This document shows, in pieces, positions 63,130-64,000 of a DNA stretch of 64,000 bases. Position 1 is the stretch's first letter, and each line of letters starts with the position of its first letter. The DNA lies in the NCBI RefSeq assembly GCF_028641065.1, contig NC_073409.1, forward strand, positions 11,594,001-11,658,000, given 5' to 3'. Source of the DNA: Leucoraja erinacea (taxonomy: Eukaryota). The notes beneath the pieces are model-generated. The model worked only from the letters and a program-made list of their open reading frames with translations, ran no database searches and was not told the origin of the DNA. Made by a program: the position numbers and the translations under genes.

Positions 63130-64000
63130 TAAGCCTCCACTGCTGTCATCTAGATCCTGGTGATCTTTACCTTGGCTGCATTTTCCTTCACTGTCCCCAC
63201 CTTACTCAATACTCTTCCTGCTGAGAAACCAATCGATTTGTGTTTTGAATGAACTTGGAGACTAAATCTCTGCAACTGCCTAGAATAATGAATAACAAGA
63301 TTTAACACCTTTTGTGTGAATACATTTATCCTGCAGCCACTCTGGTGAATGTTCAGAAACCTGAGGGACAACATTTTCATACAGGGTGGTCGGGAAATGG
63401 AACAAGCTGCCAGAGGAGGTAGTTGAGGCCAGAACTATAACAACATTTAAGAGACATTTAGACAATTACATGGTTAGGAAGGATGTCATTAAACTAGAAA
63501 GGGTGCAAAATAAAAAGCTTTACAAGGATCCTGCCAGATGTGGAAAGTTTGAATTTTAAGAAGTGGCTGGATTAGGTGGATCTTTTTACACCGTTGGCAC
63601 TGCCGCCAAACATGTCCATGCCAACGAAGATGCCTATCTGAGCTAATCCCACTTGGCTGCGTTTGGCCTAAATCTCTCTAAACCATTCCTATCCAAGTAA
63701 CTGTCCAACTGTCTTACCATAGTTGTAATTGTAGCCACATGTACCACTTCTTCTGACAGTTTGTTCCACTTATCCATCTCCCTCTGTGTGAAGAGGTTAC
63801 CCCGCAAGTCCTTTCTAAATCTCTCCCCTCTTATCTTAAAACCATGCCCTCTAGTTTCAGACTCCCCTTACTCGGGACTGTGACCATCTACCTTATCAGT
63901 GCAAGATTTTTATATCTCGTTAATGTCTCTCAATCTCCATATGCTCCAGGGAATAATGCCCCAGCCTATCTAGAACATCCTCGTAACTCAAATCCTTCAG
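63130..64000. mobile_element. Several degraded CR1-type LINE 3' fragments in both orientations
   Basis: Segments similar to other CR1 3' ends in the window (TGGAACAAGCTGCCAGAGGAGG.., FTQKVLNL). Confidence 0.65.

Overview
Eukaryotic vertebrate genomic DNA. The CR1/HER1-type LINEs, HE1-type V-SINEs and Penelope-derived repeats point to a cartilaginous fish (skate/ray-like); this assignment is inference. I reconstructed six intron-containing genes by hand from splice sites and protein motifs: BLOC1S6/pallidin (-, 4 coding exons, last exon off the left edge), SLC30A4/ZnT4 (+, complete, 437 aa), C15orf48/NMES1/COXFA4L3 (-, 4 exons, apparent 1-nt frameshift in exon 2), SPATA5L1/AFG2B (-, 8 exons, ~760 aa), ARPIN (+, 6 exons, 229 aa) and AP3S2 (+, first 2 exons). 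Introns and intergenic DNA are full of LINE fragments (CR1, Rex1/Babar, RTE), Penelope fragments, SINEs and a solo LTR. The most notable observations are: (1) SPATA5L1 AAA domain 1 has Walker B E->Q together with sensor-1 N->D; (2) the SPATA5L1 and ARPIN start codons are head-to-head only 63 nt apart; (3) many short Penelope-type repeats carry minimal hammerhead-ribozyme cores; (4) C15orf48 is frameshifted and has no recognisable miR-147; (5) SPATA5L1 has a GC-AG intron. Gene identities rest on remembered human orthologue sequences; no database search was run.
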